Of a stretch of DNA of 64,000 nucleotides, positions 23,536 through 32,760 are shown piece after piece. Numbering within the stretch: position 1 is the first letter of the stretch; every line of letters begins with the position of its first letter. Source of the stretch: an uncultured Hormoscilla sp. (GTDB lineage: Bacteria; Cyanobacteriota; Cyanobacteriia; Cyanobacteriales; Desertifilaceae). The stretch covers positions 1,856,001-1,920,000 of the forward strand of contig OZ001293.3 in NCBI GenBank assembly GCA_963921275.4, written 5' to 3'. The position numbers and the translations under genes are program-made. The notes beneath the pieces were generated by a model, which worked only from the letters and a program-made list of their open reading frames with translations, was not told where the DNA came from and searched no databases.

Positions 23536-23816
23536 GCCTTGCTGCAAGAAACCGGGTTTCTCAGATAGCCTCTGATTTGTACCCAAAGTTAAAAAAAGAA
23601 ACAAAGGTGATGGTGCTTGGAGTAGGTGCGATCGCCCCTTTGCTAGAAACCAGGTTGGCGCGATCGCCCCGAAAATGTCTTCCCGGTGTCTGGAGCATGC
23701 CGATCGCGGCAGCGCGGCGCCAGCCGTGTCCTTCAGGACAAGAGCATGCGGAAGACGCAGAGGGCTATCGCTTCCTTGACAATACCGTTGGGTGCCCCGA
23801 TTGTATTTTACCCCCT

Positions 23817-24656
23817 TTACCCTGAGGATGATTGACGCCCTTCCCGTTCATCTTCCAGTTCCCGTAAATGAGCTTCCAATTCGGTGAATTTCGCTTGCCA
23901 TTCTTGCTTTTGAGCTTCCCATTCCTGCTTTTGGGCTTTCAATTCCTGATTTTGGGCTTTCAATTCGGTGGATTTCAGCAACCGTTCCCCAGTTTCCATG
24001 TCTGACAACACCAAACGACCATCCTGCATACCGATCCACAACCCGATCGTTTCGCAGGGAATGCGTCCGTCATCGTCTGAAATAATCGGTAGATAACGTC
24101 CAGCTACTAACCGATAACCCAGCACTTCATCTATTTCTTGACCGCGCCGACTGCGGCGATCGATAATTACATATTCACCAATGGAAGCCTGTTCGTATTG
24201 GAGCACTTTAGTTTGCTTGTCTTCCTTGCGATAGCGAGGGGACACCACTTCCAGAACAAAAACTGGTCGCACACCTTCATCCCTCACTACAAAAGTAGAA
24301 CGATACTGCTCCTTGTTGCGGATGCCAAAGGCCACAAACATGTCCGGACAGTGCTTTTTCAAATCGGGAATATCCCATTCGATGGACAGATCTGTGAATA
24401 CTCCCACAGTGGGGTCTTCTTCATAGCGATTGCGCAACATATCCCGGGCATCGCTCGTAACATCCTCATGAAAAGTATTGCTAGGCAAATAATAACCCTC
24501 CTCTGGGTGCAAAAACTCCATAGGGGTAAGAGGAACCTGGATCTTTTTAACTGTACCGTCCGGTTGCATTTCCTCTACATCTCGCCAACCTGTTAATGCC
24601 AGATCCTCAGCCTGTGATGTTGCTACAGTAGGTGATAGTAACCCAGACTCAACCAT
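23817..24656 (-). CDS. Uma2-family (DUF820) endonuclease-like protein
   Basis: PD.FV...FVLEVVSP...K...Y..IGEYVIID; coiled-coil tail. Confidence 0.9.
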   Translation of the reverse strand: MVESGLLSPTVATSQAEDLALTGWRDVEEMQPDGTVKKIQVPLTPMEFLHPEEGYYLPSNTFHEDVTSDARDMLRNRYEEDPTVGVFTDLSIEWDIPDLKKHCPDMFVAFGIRNKEQYRSTFVVRDEGVRPVFVLEVVSPRYRKEDKQTKVLQYEQASIGEYVIIDRRSRRGQEIDEVLGYRLVAGRYLPIISDDDGRIPCETIGLWIGMQDGRLVLSDMETGERLLKSTELKAQNQELKAQKQEWEAQKQEWQAKFTELEAHLRELEDEREGRQSSSG

Positions 24657-25160
24657 CTTACATCCTCCTTACCTTACTCTAATTTAATTATAACCCAATT
24701 ATAACCATTCGTGTATCTCAACTGCATATTCTCTAATGCTAGCCCAAATACAGATAAACCCGGCTTCTGGTTTATTGTAGGTGCGATCGCCGTTGCCAGA
24801 AACCGGGTTTCTAGGATATCCTCCGATCTTTACCCAAAGTTTAAAAGAAACCCGGTTTCTGGTTTATGGTGTGGGTGCGATCGCCCTCTCCTTCAGGATC
24901 CAAACCGGTTTGGTGCGACATCCTCTGGTCTTCACCCAGGGTTGAACAAAGAAACAAAGGTGATGTTCCCGTAGGTGCAATCGCCCCCTTGCTGCAAGAA
25001 ACCGGGTTTCTCAGATATCCTCTGATTTGTACCCAAAGTTGAAAAAATCAACCCGGTTTCTGGTGCTGGGAGTGGGTGCGATCGTCTCAAAAATATCAGG
25101 GGCGATCGCACAAGTTGTCAATACCGTTGGATGCCCCGATCGGATTCGATCGCATAACCA

Positions 25161-26057
25161 TTATGATGATTGACGGTCTTCCTGTTGAGCTTCCAGTTCC
25201 CGTAAACGAGCTTCCCATTCGGTGAATTTCGCTTTCAATTCCTGATTTTTGGTTTTAAATTCCTGATTTTCTGCTTCCAATCCCTGATATTTCGCTTCCA
25301 ATCCCTGGAATTTCGCTTCCCATTTCTGATTTTGGGCTTTCAATTCCTGATTTTGGGCTTTCAATTCGGTGGATTTCAGCAACCGTTCTCCAGTTTCCAT
25401 GTCTGACAGCACCAAACGACCATCCTGCAAGACGATCCACAACCCGATCGTCTTGCAGGGGATGCGTCCGTCATCATCTGCAATAATCGGTAAATAGCGT
25501 CCCGCTACTAACCTATAACCCAGTACCTCATCAATTTCTTGACCGCGCCGACTGCGGCGATCGATAATTACATATTCACCAATGGAAGCCTGTTCGTATT
25601 GGAGCAATTTAGTTTGCTTGTCTTCCTTGCGGTAGCGAGGGGATACCACTTCCAGAATAAAAACTGGTCGCACACCTTCATCCCTCACCACAAAAGTAGA
25701 ACGATACTGCTCCTTGTTGCGGATGCCAAAGGCCACGAACAGGTCCGGACAGTGCTTTTTCAAATCGGGAATATCCCATTCGATGGACAGATCTGTGAAC
25801 ACTCCCACAGTGGGGTCTTCTTCATAGCGATTGCGCAACATATCCCGGGCATCGCTCGTAACATCCTCATGAAAAGTATTGCTAGGCAAATAATAACTCT
25901 CCTCTGGGTGCAAAAACTCCATAGGGGTAAGAGGAACCTGGATCTTTTTAACTGTACCGTCCGGTTGCACTTCCTCTACATCTCGCCAACCTGTTAATGC
26001 CAGATCCTCAGCCTGTGATGTTGCTACAGTAGGTGATAGTAACCCAGACTCAACCAT
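25161..26057 (-). CDS. Uma2-family protein, tandem duplicate
   Basis: Near-identical to 23817-24656 including about 230 bp of upstream DNA; longer heptad tail. Confidence 0.9.
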   Translation of the reverse strand: MVESGLLSPTVATSQAEDLALTGWRDVEEVQPDGTVKKIQVPLTPMEFLHPEESYYLPSNTFHEDVTSDARDMLRNRYEEDPTVGVFTDLSIEWDIPDLKKHCPDLFVAFGIRNKEQYRSTFVVRDEGVRPVFILEVVSPRYRKEDKQTKLLQYEQASIGEYVIIDRRSRRGQEIDEVLGYRLVAGRYLPIIADDDGRIPCKTIGLWIVLQDGRLVLSDMETGERLLKSTELKAQNQELKAQNQKWEAKFQGLEAKYQGLEAENQEFKTKNQELKAKFTEWEARLRELEAQQEDRQSS

Positions 26058-26360
26058 CTTACATCCTCCTTACCTTACTCTAATTTAATTATAACCCAAT
26101 TATAACCATTCGTGTATCTCAACTGCATATTCTCTAATGCTAGCCCGAATACAGATAAACCCGGCTTCTGGTTTATTGGAGGTGCGATCGCCATTGCCAG
26201 AAACCGGGTTTCTAGGATATCCTCCGATCTTTACCCAAAGTTTAAAAAAGAAACCCGGTTTCTGGTTTATGGTGTGGGTGCGATGCCTTCGGGGTTTTTG
26301 CGTCAGCGCAGCAGCTGCGCAGCAGCTAGCATCCCGAAGGCATCGAAGATCGCTTCTACT

Positions 26361-28100
26361 CTAGTAATGATTGCCGACCTTACGATGGTGAACTGCTGAC
26401 AGGGCATCGGGGTTGGATACCCGACCTAACTCTACCTGGGAATATACAATGTGATGGTCGCTCAATTCCATCCGACTCACCACTTCGCATTCTAGATAGG
26501 CCAGTGCATCCGACAGAATGGGACTGCCATTTTTGGCCGGTTGGGTTTTTACCCCGGCAAAGCGATCGGCCCCTGGGGGAAAGCGTTTCAAAAAATGCTT
26601 CATTAGTGCTTGATAGTTATCCTCAGCTAGCACGTTGAGCACGAAAGTATCGCCCACTTGCATCAAAGCTTCGATCGCCCGGTCTTTGGTAACAGCAATA
26701 GTTAACCCCAAAGGCTCAAAACTTGCCTGGGTTACCCAAGAGGCTAGCATGGCGCTGCTGACTTCACCCTTCTGAGCCGTGATAATGTACAAACCACCGC
26801 TGAGGCGTCCCAAGGCTTTATCCAAGTCGCTATCGAGGGACTTCATCTGTTTAATAGCCTTCTTGAGACCCAGCCATTGTCCCATATCTGTCCCCGCTTC
26901 TTCACAGAGTTTGTAGGTTGCCTCTGTCGGAGTTTCCTTAATCAGAATATTAGGAAATGCTTCTTTCAGCCCCTGTTCTTTGAACTTGTTCCGCAGGGGA
27001 TACACTGATAAGTCATCGCCACCGCCAGACTCAAATAAACTCACAGTTTGCTTCTTGGAAGCCGCTGCTAAGATGGTATTGATTGCCGCCTCAGACGACG
27101 CCCCAACCGCACCCGATACCGGCGGCGCACCAATGACAAGCCCTGCTGCCATCTCGGTCAGTTCCCGGACTTCTTGGATATCTGCCGATCGCAGGTCTAG
27201 CATTTCTACAGCGATGCCAGTCTTGGTGATGCCGTGGGCGATCGCTTGACAGAGGCGATAGCTATAGCCGTAATCAGAGACATAAAATACAGCTACAGTC
27301 TTCTCAGCCTTAGTTTGTTCCTTGCTCCACTGTTCGTAGCGACCGGTGAGTTCCACCAAATTATGACGCAGCAGGGGTCCGTGACCCGTAGCAATGGTGG
27401 TTATTTCTGGCAGTGCCTTCATCCGCTTCATCGCACTCAGCACCGATCGGGCATTGGGAGCCATCAAGCATTCATAATAAAATCGGTAATCAGCCTCGAT
27501 CGCACTCAAGTCCTCGTCATAGGTGCTGTCAGAACAGTAATGCATGCCAAAAGCATCGCAAGTAAAGAGAATTTGGGTTTTGGCATCGTAGGTAAAGATG
27601 GTGTCCGGCCAGTGCAAATTGGGAGCTGACACGAATTCGAGCGCGTGACCGTTACCCAAATCCAGTTTCTCTCCGTTCTTGACAATTTTACTCTGAAATG
27701 GAGTGTGAATCAAATTTTCCAGAAACTGAATCGCCACCTTGGCCCCGACTACTGTCGCCTGGGGAGCCAGTTCTAGTACATCTTTCACCAAACCGCTGTG
27801 GTCTGGTTCGGTGTGGCTGATAATCAGATAATCAATCTGGGCCGGGTCGATGATACCTGTGAGCCGATCCAGGTACATTTGGCGAAACTTGGCATGAGAT
27901 GTATCAACTAGGGCTACCTTCTCGCCTCGGATCAAATATGAGTTGTAGGTAGTGCCGTTTTGCAGCCCGAACTCAATGTCGAACCGATCGCGGTCCCAGT
28001 CCAGCGATCGCATCGCTGTCGTATCTGCCGCGATCTCCACCTTCGTTTCCATCGTCAGGCGCTTTTGGGTTATTTCCGTTCTTTCCGCCAGGGCTACCAT
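26361..28100 (-). CDS. flv3: Flavodiiron protein, Flv3 type
   Basis: RSLDWDRDRFDIEFGLQNGTTYNSY, SHTEPDH, HWPD, DAFGMH canonical di-iron ligands. Confidence 0.88.
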   Translation of the reverse strand: MVALAERTEITQKRLTMETKVEIAADTTAMRSLDWDRDRFDIEFGLQNGTTYNSYLIRGEKVALVDTSHAKFRQMYLDRLTGIIDPAQIDYLIISHTEPDHSGLVKDVLELAPQATVVGAKVAIQFLENLIHTPFQSKIVKNGEKLDLGNGHALEFVSAPNLHWPDTIFTYDAKTQILFTCDAFGMHYCSDSTYDEDLSAIEADYRFYYECLMAPNARSVLSAMKRMKALPEITTIATGHGPLLRHNLVELTGRYEQWSKEQTKAEKTVAVFYVSDYGYSYRLCQAIAHGITKTGIAVEMLDLRSADIQEVRELTEMAAGLVIGAPPVSGAVGASSEAAINTILAAASKKQTVSLFESGGGDDLSVYPLRNKFKEQGLKEAFPNILIKETPTEATYKLCEEAGTDMGQWLGLKKAIKQMKSLDSDLDKALGRLSGGLYIITAQKGEVSSAMLASWVTQASFEPLGLTIAVTKDRAIEALMQVGDTFVLNVLAEDNYQALMKHFLKRFPPGADRFAGVKTQPAKNGSPILSDALAYLECEVVSRMELSDHHIVYSQVELGRVSNPDALSAVHHRKVGNHY

Positions 28101-28527
28101 AAGTCTTCTCCTGCTTGCATTGCTGACTGGTGAGGTGGCGATCTGGGAATCTTCCTGGTGACCCGATCCCCGATCGCTCGTCACCTGTTTCTTTAATTAT
28201 GGCATTTTGTTAAGATTTGTAACTTTATTATAACTAATGATACGATAAGAGAAAAACTTATCTTCAGTAGTTACGACATTTGAATGTATTATATGCTACA
28301 AATTATATAGCAAGTCTCCCCCTAGACTAAGACTGGCGATCGCCCGCAAAGAGTCAAAAAGTCAAAAGTCGCCCAGAAACCCGGTAGGTCGTAAAAACCG
28401 GGTTTCTTAATTCTTGCAGATAATAATTACTGCGGTTCTGGAAACATTCCGGAAGGAGAAAGGCTCAAAGAGTAAAGAGAAAGAGATTTCCCCCTCCTCG
28501 TCAAAATAATAAATACCGAGCTGGAAA

Positions 28528-30296
28528 ATGGATAGAGTAATTTCCTTATTTTCGCCAAACCGCTTTGCTAATCTCCCCAAAGAGCGATCGCCACGGGCGT
28601 TGCTGTTAATGGTATCGATCACGTATTTGATGGGTGCTTTTGGTTTCCGTCTGGCCGAGTTGCAGTTGGTTCAAGGCAGGTACTACCGCAGCAGAGCAGA
28701 CGTTAATCGCATCCGCCAAGTGCCCATTCCTCCGGAACGGGGCAATATCCTCGATCGGGAAGGAAGAATATTAGCGACTCATCGTCTGTCTCGGGAAGTA
28801 TATTTGTGGCCTCAGGAATATACCAAAGCACAATGGCAAGTGAAAGCGGTGCAATTGAGTCCGATACTGGATCTGCCCGCGGATGAGATTCTGACCAAAT
28901 TGGCACAGACTGGTTACAACTCGGCTCTACCCGTGCGAATTAGCCGGGATATCGGACAGGAGGGTTACTTGGCCCTGTCGGAGATTGGTTTTCGGGGGGT
29001 GGAAATGCGCCCAGAATCTAACCGCTACTATCCTCACAATAGCATTGCCAGTCACGTTCTGGGATATATTAGTGAAGCTAGCTTGGCAGAGTTAAAAGCA
29101 CATCCAGAATACCCCATGGGGGCGATCGTTGGTAGAATGGGAGTGGAAGGCTTGGCGAACGATCTCCTGCTAGGTGTCTGGGGCAAACGGATATTGGAGG
29201 TAAATGCTAGTGGTTCGGAATTTGGGGAGTTGGGAATTCGCCCCCCGATCGCCGGAGAACCCGTACAACTGACTCTGGACTTAGACTTGCAAACTGCTGC
29301 GGAAACAGCCCTGAAGGAACGGCGTGGTGGGGTAGTAGCCCTAAATGTGAAAACAGGGGAGGTGTTGGCGATCGCATCGGGACCGACTTTTGACCCGAAT
29401 ATGTTCACCCGGCGGATAACATCAGCAGAGTGGCAGCATCTGGAAAGTCAGTCGAATCCGTTTTTGAATCGGGCCTTGCAAGGCTATCCTCCGGGCAGTA
29501 CTTTCAAAATAGTTACTGCTGCTGCGGCTCTTGAGTCCGGGAAGTTTTATCCTAATTCTCTTCTCTGGACTTCCGATTATATCACTGTTGGCGGCATTCG
29601 CTTCCACGAACATAGCGGCGGTTATGGTGAGATCGGTTTTCGCGATGCTTTTGCCTTTAGTAGCAATACCTTTTTTTATCAGGTAGGGATGTCAACTGGG
29701 CCAGAACAGATTTCTCATTGGGCTGGCCGCCTGGGTATTGGCACAACAGATCTACAGCTTTTGGGGTTACAAGGGGGACGTCCGGGTTCTGTCCCGACAC
29801 CCGATCGCAAAGAAAAAGTTTATGGCGAACCCTGGTATCTGAGGGATACTGTCAGTATGTCCATCGGTCAGGGACTGGTGTTGGCTTCCCCTTTGGAGTT
29901 AGCAGTGATGGTGGCCAGTATTGCTAATGGCGGTTGGCGGGTCAAACCCATCTGTTGACTGTTCAAACTAATACAACTGCTACTCAACCGGAACCTACGG
30001 GTATGACTCCGGAAACTTTGGCCGCGATTCGCGAGGGCTTAATTGCTGTGGTAGAATATGGCACGGGACGCAGGTTGAATGATGGTACTATTCCCCCCAC
30101 CGCTGGTAAAACCGGGACTGCTGAAGTGGTCGGACAACCCGATCATGCCGTGTTTGTTGCTTATGGACCGGTCAGCGACCCGGAAATCGCCATCGCTGTG
30201 GTGGTGGAAAATGGCGGCTATGGCAGCGTTGGCGCTCTCCCGATCGCCCAAAAAATATTTCAGGCTTATTTCTCGAAACATACAGCCCAAATCTGA
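28528..30296 (+). CDS. mrdA: Penicillin-binding protein 2, one frameshift near 29948
   Basis: RGNILDR, PGSTFK, SSN, KTGT motifs; AAA CCC [C]AT CTG lacks one C (real lesion or homopolymer error). Confidence 0.88.
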
Positions 30297-30613
30297 TACC
30301 TGCTATACTTTAAAAGGGATCGACGATCGCAAAATGTTTTGCGTTGGTGTCCGGAGCGAGGGGGAGATCGGAATCTGTAACTGTGGTATACTTCAACTTT
30401 TGACCCCCCCCGAGAAGCATACAAGAGGCTCAGGGCGAGGAGATTGCTTCGGGGGGTGTTAACTCTTAACTTACAAGGAGCTCGTTATTGAGCTGCCCCC
30501 TCGCAATGACATATTGGCTGCAATGGGTAAGCGTAGTTCCTTAAAATTCGTGGTATATCTTGAAAATAGATTAAGCTGGAAATATGCCATGCTGTAGTGC
30601 CAGAGGTAGATTA

Positions 30614-31204
30614 ATGAGCAATTCCGGAACTAAGGCGATCGCCAGCGAGCTGAAAACCCAAGCTACGATCCTGGGAGGCTTAGTCGCCATTTTGTGGATT
30701 GTAGAAATTATCGACCAGATTTTCTTCTCCAAGGGGATGGGACTGGCTGTTTACGGGATTCTACCCCGTAACCCGATGGGACTGCGGGGAATTCTGTTTG
30801 GGCCTTTCCTCCACGGAAATTTTCCTCACCTAATTGCTAATACTATCCCTTTCCTGACACTGGGCTGGTTTATTATGCTGCAAGAAACTAGCGATTTTTT
30901 GATCGTTACAGTCATAACAGCGATCGTGAGTGGGTTGGGAGTCTGGCTGTTTGGTTCCCCTGGCTTTCACATTGGTGCCAGTGGGGTGATCTTCGGTTAT
31001 CTGGGTTTTCTGCTGCTACGGGGCTATTTTGAACGCAGCTTTGCCGCGATCTTTTTCTCGGTAGTTGTGGCTTTCTTCTATGGTAGTCTGATTGCTGGCG
31101 TCTTGCCAGGACAGGTGGGAATATCCTGGGAAGGTCATCTGTTTGGCTTTATCGGTGGGGTGCTGGCGGCAAAACTCATGGCCCGCCGCCAAAAATACCG
31201 TTAG
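30614..31204 (+). CDS. Rhomboid-family intramembrane serine protease
   Basis: FLHG..HL..N, GASG, WEGHLFG. Confidence 0.92.
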   Translation: MSNSGTKAIASELKTQATILGGLVAILWIVEIIDQIFFSKGMGLAVYGILPRNPMGLRGILFGPFLHGNFPHLIANTIPFLTLGWFIMLQETSDFLIVTVITAIVSGLGVWLFGSPGFHIGASGVIFGYLGFLLLRGYFERSFAAIFFSVVVAFFYGSLIAGVLPGQVGISWEGHLFGFIGGVLAAKLMARRQKYR

Positions 31205-31218
31205 CTAATTGGATAGCG

Positions 31219-31467
31219 ATGCCTAAAAAACAGAAGTTTCCTCACCTAGTTGGTTCTAAATGGACTGCTCGGCAAACAACCTGGGGTTGGCGACATTTTC
31301 AGGTGGTTAATCGCAAGAATGAAGGGAAATGGGTGTTCGCAGAAATAGTGGCATCCTGCGACCCCTCTGTCCGTTTCTGGTTGAATGCTCAACAGCTTAA
31401 GGATCGATCGCTCTGGCAACCGGGTTGGCAAACTTTACAGGAAATACAAGAGGAAAGCAATTGTTAG
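31219..31467 (+). CDS. TIGR02450-type Trp-rich protein
   Basis: LVGSKWTA...WRHFQV...LKD..LWQPGW. Confidence 0.85.
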   Translation: MPKKQKFPHLVGSKWTARQTTWGWRHFQVVNRKNEGKWVFAEIVASCDPSVRFWLNAQQLKDRSLWQPGWQTLQEIQEESNC

Positions 31468-31530
31468 GCGATCGCCCCGTTCGTAGTAAGCACTAAAGTG
31501 CTTCCCAGGCGCGAAAGCGCCCTAGAGATT

Positions 31531-32100
31531 AGCTTGACCGGCTGTTAAATGAAAACCCGTTGGGTTCCCCAATGCGTCACAGGTCGCGTGAATTTTGGTA
31601 CTCAAACCCCCTTTACGGCGTCCGATGGCTTGGTCGCAATCTTTTTTTTGAGCACCTGCACTATGTTGATGAGCCCTTTATATCGTGGCATCAATCATCG
31701 CATATTCGTTATCGGCATCGGACGCAAGTACCTTGAATACTCTTTCCCATACCCCGGATTTTGACCACCTACTATGGCGCGTATGAATTACCCTCAAGTC
31801 CCCAAATCGCTCGGGTAAGTCCCGCCAAGATATCCCAGCTCTATATTGATACAAGACAGCATAGACAAATAAGCGGTTATCCTTAGCTGTCCCCCCCACA
31901 TAACCCTCCCGACCTGGCAATAGGTCCCTGATTCTCTCCCACTGGTCATCTCTTAAAGCATAGCGACGCATTTCTCAAATTCTCCTGCTCTAACCTTTAC
32001 CCTCTTAGATCACACCAATATATCCTGGTTGTCAACTCAATAATCTTGTTATATATTTTTGGTGGGGACCCATATCGTTAATCTAACTGATGACACGCCC
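31531..32100 (-). mobile_element. Truncated IS5-family element (same type as 40994-41892)
   Basis: Nearly identical 5' half; TIR TGATGACACGCCC followed by TA; 3' end missing. Confidence 0.9.
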
Positions 32101-32103
32101 TAG

Positions 32104-32560
32104 AATCTCTCGGCATTAATATTATTACCACAGAGTCAGAAGTTAACCGCAAAGATGTCCTGCAACTGCTACGGGAAATACAATATTACCAGCGCAGTCG
32201 CCGCATTCGTCAAGGACATGCCCGCAAACGCCTGCAAGGTAAACCGCCACCGGGTAAAGTACCCTACGGATACAAGCGGGGTAAAAATAGCTATGCGATC
32301 GATCGGGCGGCGGCGCCAGTAGTGAAGGATTTTTTTGCACAATTTCTGCTGTATGGTTCTTTGCGGGGTGCCGTGCGCTATTTGGAGAAGAGATATGGCA
32401 AGAAGATATCGGTTTCTACAGGACGGCGGTGGCTGACTAACCCCGTGTATCGGGGGATACGGCTTTCCGAGATGGTGAGATTATCTCGGATACCCATGTA
32501 GCAATTATTTTACGAGAAGAGGCGGCCCAGGTAGACAGAATCTTGCGGACGCTCGCGTAG
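32104..32560 (+). pseudogene. Serine-recombinase-family protein, internal fragment
   Basis: GKPPPGKVPYGYKRG, FLLYGSLRGAVRYLEKRYGK, WLTNPVYRG; stops and frameshifts; cut by IS5 and a palindromic element. Confidence 0.75.
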
Positions 32561-32760
32561 CATCCCGATTTTTCCGGAACGGCAGACATCGAAAGCTAAA
32601 TTAGCTACCAATTATTATCTCCCCACTCCTCGGGGTTGAGGGTTGGGGGTTGATGATATGAGTGATTCCCGAATCGAAGTAAATTAGGGGGGGCCGAGCT
32701 GCGGGAACCGCAAGATTTGACGGCCACAATTCGTCCCCTGCAATGCTGCGGTGCTGAGCT

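Noticed and set aside
23817..26057. Diversity-generating retroelement (template/variable repeat pair)
   Set aside because: Whole-gene duplication, differences not adenine-specific, no RT in the window
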